NCBI GenBank assembly: GCA_041941765.1
Contig: CP145869.1
Span: 1-32,000 of the forward strand
Direction: 5' to 3'
DNA from: Candidatus Saccharimonadota bacterium
GTDB lineage: Bacteria; Pseudomonadota; Gammaproteobacteria; Enterobacterales; Enterobacteriaceae
DNA length: 32,000 nt
Of the stretch, positions 20,682 through 30,458 are shown piece by piece. The position numbers were made by a program, and so were the translations under genes. Below the pieces are notes generated by a model that saw only the letters and a program-made list of their open reading frames with translations, was not told the DNA's origin and searched no databases. Position 1 is the first letter of the stretch. Each line of letters starts with the position of its first letter.

Positions 20682-21254
20682 TTACCATTCATAACGAATA
20701 ATTTTATCACTTAATAAATCTCTAATTTCTGTATGAAATTTTAATGGGCCGAGATTTCCAGGATATATTAATAAATTTTTCCCAAATTGAGCTCTTATTT
20801 CTTTTACTGTACGACATGGAAGAGATCCTGTAATATTAGCACTAGTTGAAATTAATGGTTTATTAAAAGCTGTACATAATTGTTTAATTGATGGATATTT
20901 ACTAATACGTACTGCTAATGAAGAAAAATTACCTGTAAGCCACGATGGAGTTTTTATATTTTTCGGTAATAACCATGTTATAGGTCTAGTAGAATTAGAT
21001 TGCGAACATATCATATCACGTTGTTTTTTTGATAATTGATGATCATGAATATAAGGTTTAATTTGTTCATAATTAGCGGCTACTAATATGAAACCTTTTT
21101 CAATTGAACGTTGTTTTAATGCTAATAAGTTCATAACAGCTTTTTTACTTTCAGGATTGCATCCTAAACCAAATACCGATTCAGTCGGATAAGCTATAAT
21201 TTCATCTTTCATAAGTTTGGTGATGAAATAATTTATATTAGTAATAATTTTCAT
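20682..21254 (-). CDS. tsaC: threonylcarbamoyl-AMP synthase (YrdC/RimN)
   Basis: The 190-aa ORF contains IIAYPTESVFGLGC, ALKQRSIEKGFILVAANYEQ, LAVRIS and STSANITG. It lies upstream of aroE, as in E. coli. Confidence 0.93.
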   Translation of the reverse strand: MKIITNINYFITKLMKDEIIAYPTESVFGLGCNPESKKAVMNLLALKQRSIEKGFILVAANYEQIKPYIHDHQLSKKQRDMICSQSNSTRPITWLLPKNIKTPSWLTGNFSSLAVRISKYPSIKQLCTAFNKPLISTSANITGSLPCRTVKEIRAQFGKNLLIYPGNLGPLKFHTEIRDLLSDKIIRYEW

Positions 21255-21385
21255 ATTTCTTCTATATTATTTAGAGCTGCTAAGATAATTATAAATAATC
21301 CTAACACAAATTAATAAAAAATCATGTACAATAATAATAGGAGAGATAAAATAATCAACTATATTTATTTATACTAACATTAATT

Positions 21386-21901
21386 ATGACTATTATGCAA
21401 ATATTAACTTATCCTGATGAACGACTGAGAATTATTGCTATGCCCGTCCATAAAATAGATACTAAAATCAACCGTATTATTAATGATATGTTTGATACTA
21501 TGTATGCAAACAATGGAATTGGTTTAGCAGCAACACAAATTAATATTCATAAGCAAATTATAGTTATAGATCTATCGAAACAACAGAATGAAGGTTTAAT
21601 ACTGATTAATCCCAAATTATTAGAACAAAGTGGTTCAATTAGTATTGAAGAAGGATGTTTATCTATTCCAGAACAAATAGCTTTTATTCCTCGTGCCGAA
21701 AAAATCAAGATTTTAGCTATAGATATCAATGGTAAGTCTTTTATTATAGAAGCATATAATTTATTATCCATTTGTATTCAACATGAAATGGATCATTTAA
21801 GAGGAAAATTATTTATAGATTACTTATCACCACTCAAACAGAATAAAATTCTATCTAAAATCAAAAAAAGAGCTCGCCTCAAAAAAATCCGAGCATTTTA
21901 A
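21386..21901 (+). CDS. def: peptide deformylase
   Basis: The 171-aa ORF has the three deformylase motifs [13 protein letters not shown] and QHEMDH. Confidence 0.96.
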   Translation: MTIMQILTYPDERLRIIAMPVHKIDTKINRIINDMFDTMYANNGIGLAATQINIHKQIIVIDLSKQQNEGLILINPKLLEQSGSISIEEGCLSIPEQIAFIPRAEKIKILAIDINGKSFIIEAYNLLSICIQHEMDHLRGKLFIDYLSPLKQNKILSKIKKRARLKKIRAF

Positions 21902-21905
21902 GGAT

Positions 21906-22886
21906 ATGTTGATGTATTGTCGAGCAAAGGGACTCAAAATTATTTTTGCAGGTACAGGTGAGTTTACACTTTATCATCTGACTAATTTATTATCTCAACA
22001 TCAAATAGTAGGTATTTTAACTTATCCTGATGCAAACATGACTGGAAAAATAAATCAATTAGTTCTTAGCAGAATAAAAGAATTTGCACTTAAGCATAAA
22101 ATTTCTCTTTTTCAGATCAAATCAGAAGATTTTTATCAAATTAACTTTTATAAAAAACTTGTAGCTTTAAAGTCTGATCTCATGGTAGTAATTGCGTATG
22201 GTATAAAATTACCATCTTCTATTATAAATATTCCAAAATTGGGTTGTATTAATGTGCATAGTTCTCTTTTACCTCGTTGGCGTGGCGCAGCTCCAATCCC
22301 TCGTTCCATTATAGCTGGAGATAAAATAACGGGAGTGACTACAATACAAATAAATTCTGGAATTGACACCGGAGATATTTTACATAAAATTCCTTGTGCA
22401 ATTGAACATATAGATACTAGTGCTTCACTTAGCCAAAAATTATCTAAACTAGGATCAATTAGTATGTTAATAACATTACAACAGTTTCTGCACGGAACAA
22501 AAGATCCACAAGCACAATCTGAACACCTAGCAACGTATGCTAAAAAAATACTAAAAAAAGAAGCACAACTTAACTGGAAACTATCGGCTATAGAACTTGA
22601 ACGTTATATACGTGCTTTTAATCCCTGGCCAATTTGCTATTTTTTTATTCATGGGAAATATATAAAAGTCTGGAAAGCATCAGTTCTTCAATCAAACAAA
22701 AATTCCCTAAAAACATATCAGCCAGGAGAAATTATTCAAGCAAATAAAAAAGGAATTCAAATTGCTACTGGACAAGATTTTCTAAATTTAGAACAATTAC
22801 AACTAGCCGGAAAAAACATTATGACAGTTAATGATTTTCTTAATTCACGTCAAAAATGGTTTACTCCAGGATTAATTTTGGACTAA
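21906..22886 (+). CDS. fmt: methionyl-tRNA formyltransferase
   Basis: The ORF contains IIFAGTGEF, INVHSSLLPRWRGAAPI and FNPWP. The real start may be the ATG at 21912, which has better spacing from the AAGGA that overlaps the def stop codon. Confidence 0.94.
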   Translation: MLMYCRAKGLKIIFAGTGEFTLYHLTNLLSQHQIVGILTYPDANMTGKINQLVLSRIKEFALKHKISLFQIKSEDFYQINFYKKLVALKSDLMVVIAYGIKLPSSIINIPKLGCINVHSSLLPRWRGAAPIPRSIIAGDKITGVTTIQINSGIDTGDILHKIPCAIEHIDTSASLSQKLSKLGSISMLITLQQFLHGTKDPQAQSEHLATYAKKILKKEAQLNWKLSAIELERYIRAFNPWPICYFFIHGKYIKVWKASVLQSNKNSLKTYQPGEIIQANKKGIQIATGQDFLNLEQLQLAGKNIMTVNDFLNSRQKWFTPGLILD

Positions 22887-22932
22887 CAATTAAAGATTTT
22901 TTTCAATTTAACTCAAAAGTATCATCATAGTA

Positions 22933-25593
22933 CTATTTTGAACGTCCATGACATTTTTTATATTTTTTCCTAGAGCCACAAGGACAAAGATTATGACGTC
23001 CTCCTATCTGATGATTATTAACATTGTTGTTAATAAGTTGCATAAAAATTTGATTATTCTGTAATTGGCATAAATTATCAATAACTAATCCTTCTGATAC
23101 CTTAACTTTAACTTGGCATATTATACGGATAATTTCATATTTTATCATTTCAAGCATATTTGAAAACATAGTAAATGATTCTCGTTTATATTCTTCTTTA
23201 GGATCTTTTTGCGCATATCCACGTAAATGAATTCCTTGACGTAAATAATCCATCGCCGCTAGATGTTCTCTCCACATAATATCCATAATATGTAACATTA
23301 TATTTTTTTCAAAATTACCCATTTTATTAATACCTATTAATAATTTTTTTTGTTGGTATTCTTTTAGAACATATTTAAGGATTTTATTGATTAATTGTTC
23401 TGAAACAATAATTTTTTGATGGTTTATCCAATCATCAATTGGTAATGTAATATTTAATTCAGTTTTAAACGATTCTATTAAGCTGTAGATATCCGACATA
23501 TCTTCTAAAGAAAATCTACTAATAATTTTTTGTAAAACTTCTTTATACAGTTGGATAATGATATCTCCGATATCAGTAATTGAAGTATCTAACAATCTAT
23601 TTCGTTGAGCATAAATCTTTTGTCGTTGATCATTAGCTACATTATCATATTCCAATAACTGTTTACGAATTTCAAAATTACGATTTTCTACTTTACACTG
23701 AGCATTAGCAATAGCCTTAGTAATCCAAGGATGTTCTATTGCTTCCCCAGATTTCATGCCAAATTTTCTCATCATATCAGAAAGACGATTCGAAGCAAAA
23801 ATACGCATTAAAGTATCTTCCATAGAAAGATAAAATCTTGAAGATCCAGGATCTCCTTGACGTCCAGATCTTCCACGAAGTTGATTATCAATTCTTCGGG
23901 ACTCATGACGTTCTGTACCAATAATATGTAAACCTCCGGTTTTTACTACCTCCTGATGACGGATTTGCCACTCTTCTTGAAGGAGTTGGATTTTTTCTAT
24001 ATGGGAAGAATATTTTAATGGGATAATATCAGACTGTATATTACCTCCAAGTACTATATCAGTTCCTCGTCCTGCCATATTAGTAGCAATAGTTACTGCA
24101 CCTACTTGACCAGCACGTGCAATAATATCTGCTTCTTTAGCATGAAATTTAGCATTTAAAACATTATGACGGATACCTGCACGAGTCAGTTTTCTAGAAA
24201 TCTTTTCAGATTTTTCAATAGAAATAGTTCCTACTAATACAGGTTGACCTTTCATAGTTCGTGTACGTATATCTTGAATTATAGCTTCAATTTTTTCTGC
24301 TTCACTAATAAAAATTACATCCGGTAAATCTTCTCTAATCATTTTTTTATTTGGAGGAATTACTATAGTATCTAATTGATAAATAGATTTAAATTCAAAA
24401 GCTTCGGTATTGGCTGTACCTGTCATTCCAGCTAATTTCTGATATAATCTAAAATAATTCTGAAAAGTAATAGACGCTAGAGTTTGATTCTCATTTTGAA
24501 TTTTAACTCCCTCTTTTGCTTCAAGTGCTTGATGTAACCCGTCACCCCACCGACGTCCAGGCATAATTCTACCGGTATGTTCATCTACAATAATTACTTC
24601 TCCATTTTTAATAATATAATCTATATTGCGAAAAAATAGCGTATGTGCTCGTAAAGCAGCTATTATATGATACATAAGTATTATGTTAGAAGGAGAATAA
24701 AGACTTTCATGCTGTTTCATAAATCCTTCATGTATTAATAAATTTTCTAGAAAAATAAGACCTCGTTCAGTTAGATATACTTGCCGTGATTTTTCATCTA
24801 CTGAAAAATGACCCTTTCCCTGAAAAGTATCGGAATCATCTTTATCTTGTTGAATTAACTGAGGAATGAGATTATTTATTTTCAGATAAAGTTCAGAACG
24901 ATTTTCCATAGGACCTGAAATAATTAAAGGAGTACGAGCTTCATCAATTAGTATTGAATCCACTTCATCAATTAGAGCGTAATGCAATTTACGCTGTACA
25001 CGATCTTTAGGATCAAAAATCATATTATCCCTTAAATAATCAAAACCATATTCATTATTAGTTGCATATGTAATATCAGACGCATAAGCTGCACGTTTTT
25101 CAGCGTTAGACATCCCAGCTAAATTTATACCTACATCCATTCCTAAAAATTCAAATAATGGACGATTGCTATTAGCATCTCGTTGTGCTAAATAATCGTT
25201 GACTGTAACAATATGTACTCCTTCACCAGTTAAAGCATTTAAATATGCTGGTAAAGTAGCTGTCAATGTTTTACCTTCTCCAGTAGGCATTTCAGCAATA
25301 CAACGGTCATTTAAAACTATTCCACCAAGTAGTTGAACATCAAAATGACGCATATTAAATATACGCTTACTAGCTTCACGTACAGTTGCAAAAGCTTCTG
25401 GAATTAAATTATCTAATGTTTCTCCTTGTTTTATTCTAGAACGAAATATGCGGGTTTTTTCTTTTAATTCTTCATTTGACAAGCTTGAAAAACTTGGTTC
25501 TAGTTTATTTATACTATCAACAATTTTTTTTAACCTATATAGTATTCGATCATTTCTACTACCAAATATTTTAGTAAGTAAATGTAGTACCAT
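22933..25593 (-). CDS. secA: preprotein translocase ATPase SecA
   Basis: The 886-aa ORF has Walker [10 protein letters not shown], the DEAD-like [21 protein letters not shown] and [10 protein letters not shown]. The C-terminal zinc motif [14 protein letters not shown] is intact. Confidence 0.97.
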   Translation of the reverse strand: MVLHLLTKIFGSRNDRILYRLKKIVDSINKLEPSFSSLSNEELKEKTRIFRSRIKQGETLDNLIPEAFATVREASKRIFNMRHFDVQLLGGIVLNDRCIAEMPTGEGKTLTATLPAYLNALTGEGVHIVTVNDYLAQRDANSNRPLFEFLGMDVGINLAGMSNAEKRAAYASDITYATNNEYGFDYLRDNMIFDPKDRVQRKLHYALIDEVDSILIDEARTPLIISGPMENRSELYLKINNLIPQLIQQDKDDSDTFQGKGHFSVDEKSRQVYLTERGLIFLENLLIHEGFMKQHESLYSPSNIILMYHIIAALRAHTLFFRNIDYIIKNGEVIIVDEHTGRIMPGRRWGDGLHQALEAKEGVKIQNENQTLASITFQNYFRLYQKLAGMTGTANTEAFEFKSIYQLDTIVIPPNKKMIREDLPDVIFISEAEKIEAIIQDIRTRTMKGQPVLVGTISIEKSEKISRKLTRAGIRHNVLNAKFHAKEADIIARAGQVGAVTIATNMAGRGTDIVLGGNIQSDIIPLKYSSHIEKIQLLQEEWQIRHQEVVKTGGLHIIGTERHESRRIDNQLRGRSGRQGDPGSSRFYLSMEDTLMRIFASNRLSDMMRKFGMKSGEAIEHPWITKAIANAQCKVENRNFEIRKQLLEYDNVANDQRQKIYAQRNRLLDTSITDIGDIIIQLYKEVLQKIISRFSLEDMSDIYSLIESFKTELNITLPIDDWINHQKIIVSEQLINKILKYVLKEYQQKKLLIGINKMGNFEKNIMLHIMDIMWREHLAAMDYLRQGIHLRGYAQKDPKEEYKRESFTMFSNMLEMIKYEIIRIICQVKVKVSEGLVIDNLCQLQNNQIFMQLINNNVNNHQIGGRHNLCPCGSRKKYKKCHGRSK

Positions 25594-25807
25594 AGCAAAT
25601 AACTTCTCTTTCTAATAAAGAATATAATATTAAAATTATATAGTTTATTTATTGAATATAAGTATAATAAATCTTATTAAGATAAATAAATCTATTACGT
25701 ATGTTGATTTTGTTATCGTTAGTTAGTACTTTTTATATAAGAAGATAAAAAAATCTTAATTGAAAAATGAATGAGTACACTAATTTTTCTATGATGGAAT
25801 ATATCTA

Positions 25808-26281
25808 ATGCGCTATAGTAATCTGCATACTATTGAAAAAATTTTAACCAATGCTAATAATCAAAGTATTTTACAAATTTTACACAAAAAAGTGATTACA
25901 TTAATTAATTTAGATTACGCATTAAAACAAGAACTACCATCACATTTTCATCCTTGGTGTAGAGTGGCTAATTTACGACAACATATCTTGATTATTGAAA
26001 CAGCAAATGCTCATTGGTTAACATACTTACGTTATCAACAACCAATATTGCTTTCAATTTTACAAAATAAAATTTTACCTACCTTAGTCGCTATTAATTT
26101 AGTAATTAATCCGTCATTAGGACTAACACAATCTATCTCTAAATTAGAGACTAAAAAAAATCGAACTATAAGTAAAACAAGTGCAATTATATTACGTAAT
26201 GTTGCCCGTCAAAGTCCTGATAATATTAAATCGATCTTAGAACGATTAGCTTCTTTAGCTAATGATTCAAATACTAATTAA
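25808..26281 (+). CDS. DUF721/DciA-like protein (putative replicative-helicase operator)
   Basis: This 157-aa ORF is divergent from secA. The core WCRVANLRQHILIIETANAHWLTYLRYQQPILLSILQNKILPTL fits my recollection of the DUF721 pattern: W..v......L.v.v.s..w...L......ll..L. The size and the secA-adjacent location match gammaproteobacterial dciA genes. The call is not verified by any search. Confidence 0.55.
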   Translation: MRYSNLHTIEKILTNANNQSILQILHKKVITLINLDYALKQELPSHFHPWCRVANLRQHILIIETANAHWLTYLRYQQPILLSILQNKILPTLVAINLVINPSLGLTQSISKLETKKNRTISKTSAIILRNVARQSPDNIKSILERLASLANDSNTN

Positions 26282-26349
26282 TCATATCTTTAAGAGATAC
26301 CAATTATTATTTATATTATAAAACTTGATATATTTTATACTTAATATGC

Positions 26350-27195
26350 TCAAGCTAAAATTACTTTAACTAATTTAGTAAAATTTATACCTATCTGTTA
26401 TGCTGCTAAAGGTACCAAACTATGCTTTGTCATGCCGGGGATGTATTTACTTCAAGTAAATAAAATCTATTATTACTATCCATGATAACATCAATACGTC
26501 CATAACCACTATATCCAATAACATTCCAGGCTGGTAAAGTTATTTCTTTTAATTTTTATTCTAGTTTTCGAGATAATCCACTCGGACAAAAATATTTAGT
26601 ATTTTTTGAAAGATATTTTGAATGATAATCATAAAAATTACCTGTATATTGAATACGAATGCTTGGTAAAACCTGATAATCTAGAATAATAACTGTATAT
26701 TCTAAACCACTAATCCATTTTTCTATGATTACATGATTATCATAAATAAATGCTTGTTTTCAAACTATATCAAGTTCATTAATGTGATTAACTTTTGTAA
26801 TTCCTATGCTAGAACCTTCTTGATTAGGTTTAACCATAACTGGTAGACCTAAATTAATTATTTGGTTCTTATAAAAATTATTTAATCCTCTTATTAAAAT
26901 ATCTGATGCTGTAATTATAATCCAAGCTGCTACTGGTAATCCTGACCCTTTCCATAATAATTTAGTACGTAATTTATCTATACTAATTGACGAAGCCATT
27001 ACTTTACTACCTGTATATAACCATTGTGTATTTAAATAACCTAAACATGATTCAATAATAGTCGGTAATTGATCTCATGCTGGCGGAACTTTACGGGTAT
27101 CCATTAAACGTGGAATAATGCTACGAGATAAAAAAAATTCATACAGGAAAAACCTGTTCTTCCTAATCCAATTATAATAATCTTCTTATTTTTAT
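26350..27195 (-). pseudogene. murD'-'ddlB deletion-fusion pseudogene (UDP-MurNAc-L-Ala:D-Glu ligase N-terminus fused to D-Ala-D-Ala ligase residues about 85 to the end)
   Basis: Minus-strand translation gives YKNKKIIIIGLGRTGFSCMNFF, the MurD N-terminus, with no ATG. After a 1-nt frameshift in the homopolymer at 27130-27137 it continues FFLSRSIIPRLMDTRKVPPA*DQLP...NTQWL. It then runs directly into YTGSKVMASSISIDKLRTKLLWKGSGLPV...KPNQEGSSIG...EKWISG...YFCPSGL...GYGRIDVIMD...LLEVNTSP, which is DdlB. Lesions are TGA at 27075-27077, TGA at 26760-26762, TAA near 26556-26558, a 1-nt deletion near 26434-26437 and TAA at 26398-26400. Confidence 0.9.
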
Positions 27196-27207
27196 AAATT
27201 ATTTTTT

Positions 27208-28269
27208 TCAATGGAACTTCATAACTAAACCAATTAATACTAATAAAAAAGAAATAATACTTAATCGAATAGTAATTTTCGATTCAGGTAATCCTTTTAA
27301 TTCATAATGATGATGCAGTGGTGCCATAAGTAAGAGTTTTTTTCTACAAAGTTTAAATAATACTACTTGTATAATTACTGATATTGTTTCTATAACAAAA
27401 AGTCCTCCCATAACTAATAATAATAATTCTTGCCGTAAGAGTATAGAAATTATTCCAAGTATAGCACCTAATGCCAAAGATCCTATATCTCCCATAAATA
27501 CTTCAGCAGGATAAGTATTAAACCATAAAAAACCTAGACCAGAACCAATAATTGCACTGCAAAAAATAACTAGTTCAGTTGAATAAGGTGAATAAGTAAT
27601 ATGTAAGTAATTTGAAATAGTAAGATTACTATTAAACCAAGCTACTAATCCTAATCCAGCAGCAACAAATATAGTTGGAATAATAGCTAATCCATCTAAA
27701 CCATCTGTAAGATTAACTGCATTACTAGTACTAATAATAGTAAAATAAGTAACATATAAATAACTAATCCAATTTTGCATGATACTTAATCTATTTTCTA
27801 ATTGATTTTTATTCCAAACATATAAAATTAAAATAATACCAAAAGTAATTATTGACTGAAAAAAGTATTTCCAATAAGGTATGAGACCTTGAGTATTTTT
27901 ACGTACTATTTTTTGATAATCATCAATAAATCCAACTATACCATATCCAATTAATACAAAAAATACGAACCAAATATAAGGATTTGATAAATGAGCCCAA
28001 AACAATACTGAACTCATAATAGACATTAGTATTATGAGACCACCCATAGTAGGTATACCATTTTTTCCAAAATGTGATTTAGGACCGTCAGAACGTACAA
28101 CTTGACCTATTTTAAGATTTTGCAATTTTTTTATGAACCATGATCCAAAAGATATTGTTAAACCAAATCCAGTTATAAGACTTATAAAAGCACGAAATAT
28201 AATAGAAGAGGAAAATCGGTTTAAACTAGGAAAAAATTGGGTAAGATGTATAATGATCCAAATTAACAT
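27208..28269 (-). CDS. mraY: phospho-N-acetylmuramoyl-pentapeptide transferase
   Basis: The uninterrupted 353-aa ORF is colinear with E. coli MraY (360 aa). Catalytic and signature motifs are all present: FIDDYQK, NAVNLTDGLDGLA, FMGDIGSLALG and APLHHHYELKG. AAGGAG lies upstream of the ATG. Confidence 0.93.
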   Translation of the reverse strand: MLIWIIIHLTQFFPSLNRFSSSIIFRAFISLITGFGLTISFGSWFIKKLQNLKIGQVVRSDGPKSHFGKNGIPTMGGLIILMSIMSSVLFWAHLSNPYIWFVFFVLIGYGIVGFIDDYQKIVRKNTQGLIPYWKYFFQSIITFGIILILYVWNKNQLENRLSIMQNWISYLYVTYFTIISTSNAVNLTDGLDGLAIIPTIFVAAGLGLVAWFNSNLTISNYLHITYSPYSTELVIFCSAIIGSGLGFLWFNTYPAEVFMGDIGSLALGAILGIISILLRQELLLLVMGGLFVIETISVIIQVVLFKLCRKKLLLMAPLHHHYELKGLPESKITIRLSIISFLLVLIGLVMKFH

Positions 28270-28298
28270 TTATAAAATTTTATCTCCTTTTAATAATC

Positions 28299-28487
28299 CT
28301 ATTTTTGTAAAGAATATACAATTTTTTTCAGAAACATCTTACGAGAACCTTTTATTAAAATTGTAATTTTAGTAAATTGGTTTAACAAGTTGTTAATACA
28401 TTTAATTAATGATAATTGATCATAAAAATGTTCATTATTAGGGTGGAGGTTGCTAATATTTTTACTTAAATGACCAATACTAATAAT
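28299..28487 (-). pseudogene. 'murF remnant (only the C-terminal ~60 aa of UDP-MurNAc-tripeptide:D-Ala-D-Ala ligase)
   Basis: IISIGHLSKNISNL...HFYDQLSLIKCINNLLNQFTKITILIKGSRKMFLKKIVYSLQK is colinear with the E. coli MurF C-terminus (VLSVGKQSHAIS...VITILVKGSRSAAMEQVVRALQE). It is joined in frame to murE-derived sequence at about 28485-28495. Confidence 0.85.
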
Positions 28488-29337
28488 TTTATTGATTATA
28501 GTTGCTTTTAACCAATATGCTATATTATAAATTAATTTATAGTATTGTGTACTAAGGGTTACGGCAACTGCATTGGGCAATTTGTCTAATCAATAACGTC
28601 CTACTTGATCATCAGCATTAATTATGATTTTTTTTTTATTATATTTTTAAAAAAATTGCTCTTTAGCTTTTTTATAATTTTCCATATTTACGTGATAATC
28701 CAGATGATCACGACTTAGATTCGTGAAGATAGATGCATTAAACGGTACTGCATACAAGTCAAGTACATGTGATGAAATTTCCATAGCTACAAATTTAATA
28801 TGATTTTCTACAAAATAATTTAAAAAACGTTGTACATTCATTGCAGAATCAGTAGTCTTTTTAGTTGGGATTAGATTACTACCATATAATCCATTTCCTA
28901 AAGTTTCCATTACTGCACTCTTTTCACCAAGTAATTGAACCCATTGATATAATAATTGCGTTATAGTAGTTTTACCATTAGTACCTGTGACACCTACTAT
29001 GCATAATTTTTGACCGGGATTATCATAAAAACGACTAGCAATCTCAGAAATAGATTTAGAGAGATTTGAAAAAGAGATAATTGGGATATTTTGATAAAAA
29101 TTTATTTGTATTTTATTATTTTCAGCATCAGCAAGAACTGCTCTTACTCATTTTGCAATAGATTGTAAAATAAAACTACGTCCATCAAATTGATGTCCTT
29201 TTATAGCAAAAAAAATATCACCATTTTTGGCTCAATTACTATTTATTGTTAGTTCATGAACTAAAAAAGTGGGAACACCACCACTCATCCATGGTGCTAA
29301 TAATTTATGTAAATAACGATTTTCCAATGCATAAATT
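28488..29337 (-). pseudogene. murE' remnant (roughly the N-terminal half of UDP-MurNAc-tripeptide synthetase, with four in-frame stops)
   Basis: A single minus-strand frame reads ALENRYLHKLLAPW...INSN*AKNGDIFFAIKGHQFDGRSF...[13 protein letters not shown]...[11 protein letters not shown]...AMEISSH...[12 protein letters not shown]...KEQFF*...IINADDQVGRY*LDKLPNAVAV...YWLKAT. It is colinear with E. coli MurE residues about 1-280. Stops are TGA at 29232-29234, TGA at 29148-29150, TAA at 28647-28649 and TGA at 28590-28592. There is no in-frame ATG at the N-terminus. Confidence 0.9.
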
Positions 29338-29504
29338 CCGCTGATTCAAGATGTATTATTTATACTAGTATAAATAATAGGTTTATCCAATTTATTTTAG
29401 CCAGAAAAAAATTTATCTTTCGGTATAAAATTATAATCTATACTACTTAGACTCATATTTAATTAAATTAAATCGTTTGGAAATAAATTATTCTATGTTT
29501 GTTA

Positions 29505-30458
29505 TTAATCAATGATTTTTTCTACAATACGTAAAATGGCACTCCTAGCACGTATATTATGATTGATTTCTCTTTTAGTAGGTTTAATTTTTGCAATAGG
29601 TTTTAATTTTTTCAGATTAGTATAATAACTATTTAATTCTGCATCGGTTAAAGGAATTTCATGAGGTATAACATTTTTACAACTACTATACTTATTAATA
29701 AAACGTTTGACAATTCTATCTTCGAGGGAATGGAAGCTAATTACAGATAAACGTCCTGAATTACGTAAAACTATCAAGGCACTTTGTAAAACTTGTTCTA
29801 ATTCTTTTAATTCATTATTGATAAAAATTCGTATAGCTTGAAAACAACGAGTGGCTGGATGTTTATTATATTTTCTTCTGTGTGGTACAGTAGCATAAAT
29901 AAGATCTACAAGTTCTTTAGTACGTGTAATTGGTTTCTTCAATTTTTTATAACGATAAATAGAACGAGCTATACGTCGTGCAAAACGTTCTTCGCCAAAA
30001 TTCTTGAAAATCCAATACATTTCATATTCATTAGCATTGGATATCCACTGTGCAGCTGATAATCCATTAGTTGGATCCATACGCATATCAAGAGGTCCAT
30101 CATGCATAAAAGAAAAACCACGTTCAGCATGGTCAATTTGGTGAGTTGAAATTCCAAGATCTAATAATATTCCATCAATACATCCAATTAATTTCTTCTT
30201 ATTCATATAAATAGCTAAATTAGAAAATTGTCCCGGAATAATAGTAAATCTTGAATCATTAATACTAGCAGCAATTTTGATCGCTTGAGGATCACGATCT
30301 ATCGCATATAAATGTCCTTGAGAATTTAATTTAGACAAAATTAATTTAGTATGACCTCCTCCTCCAAAGGTACCATCAATATATAAACCATTAGGTTTAA
30401 TATTAAGACCATTAATAGCTTCCGATGCTAAGACTGGAGAATGAGTAAGTAATTTCAT
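29505..30458 (-). CDS. rsmH: 16S rRNA (cytosine1402-N4)-methyltransferase
   Basis: The 317-aa ORF contains IDGTFGGGGH, AIDRDPQA, LLDLGIS, GPLDMRMD and ISFHSLEDRIVK. It is the first retained gene of the dcw cluster. Confidence 0.95.
   Translation of the reverse strand: MKLLTHSPVLASEAINGLNIKPNGLYIDGTFGGGGHTKLILSKLNSQGHLYAIDRDPQAIKIAASINDSRFTIIPGQFSNLAIYMNKKKLIGCIDGILLDLGISTHQIDHAERGFSFMHDGPLDMRMDPTNGLSAAQWISNANEYEMYWIFKNFGEERFARRIARSIYRYKKLKKPITRTKELVDLIYATVPHRRKYNKHPATRCFQAIRIFINNELKELEQVLQSALIVLRNSGRLSVISFHSLEDRIVKRFINKYSSCKNVIPHEIPLTDAELNSYYTNLKKLKPIAKIKPTKREINHNIRARSAILRIVEKIID

Noticed and set aside
28590-29234. In-frame TGA codons in the murE remnant might indicate a UGA-to-Trp genetic code change (code 4). 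One of them, at 28590-28592, falls exactly on a conserved Trp (GRRWL in E. coli, GRY*L here).
   Set aside because: The other TGAs fall on non-Trp positions (Gly, Ala/Val, Leu). The same genes also carry TAA stops, frameshifts and multi-kb deletions. All about 32 intact genes read full length under the standard code with no internal TGA. TGG-to-TGA is simply the expected G-to-A decay mutation in an AT-biased pseudogene.
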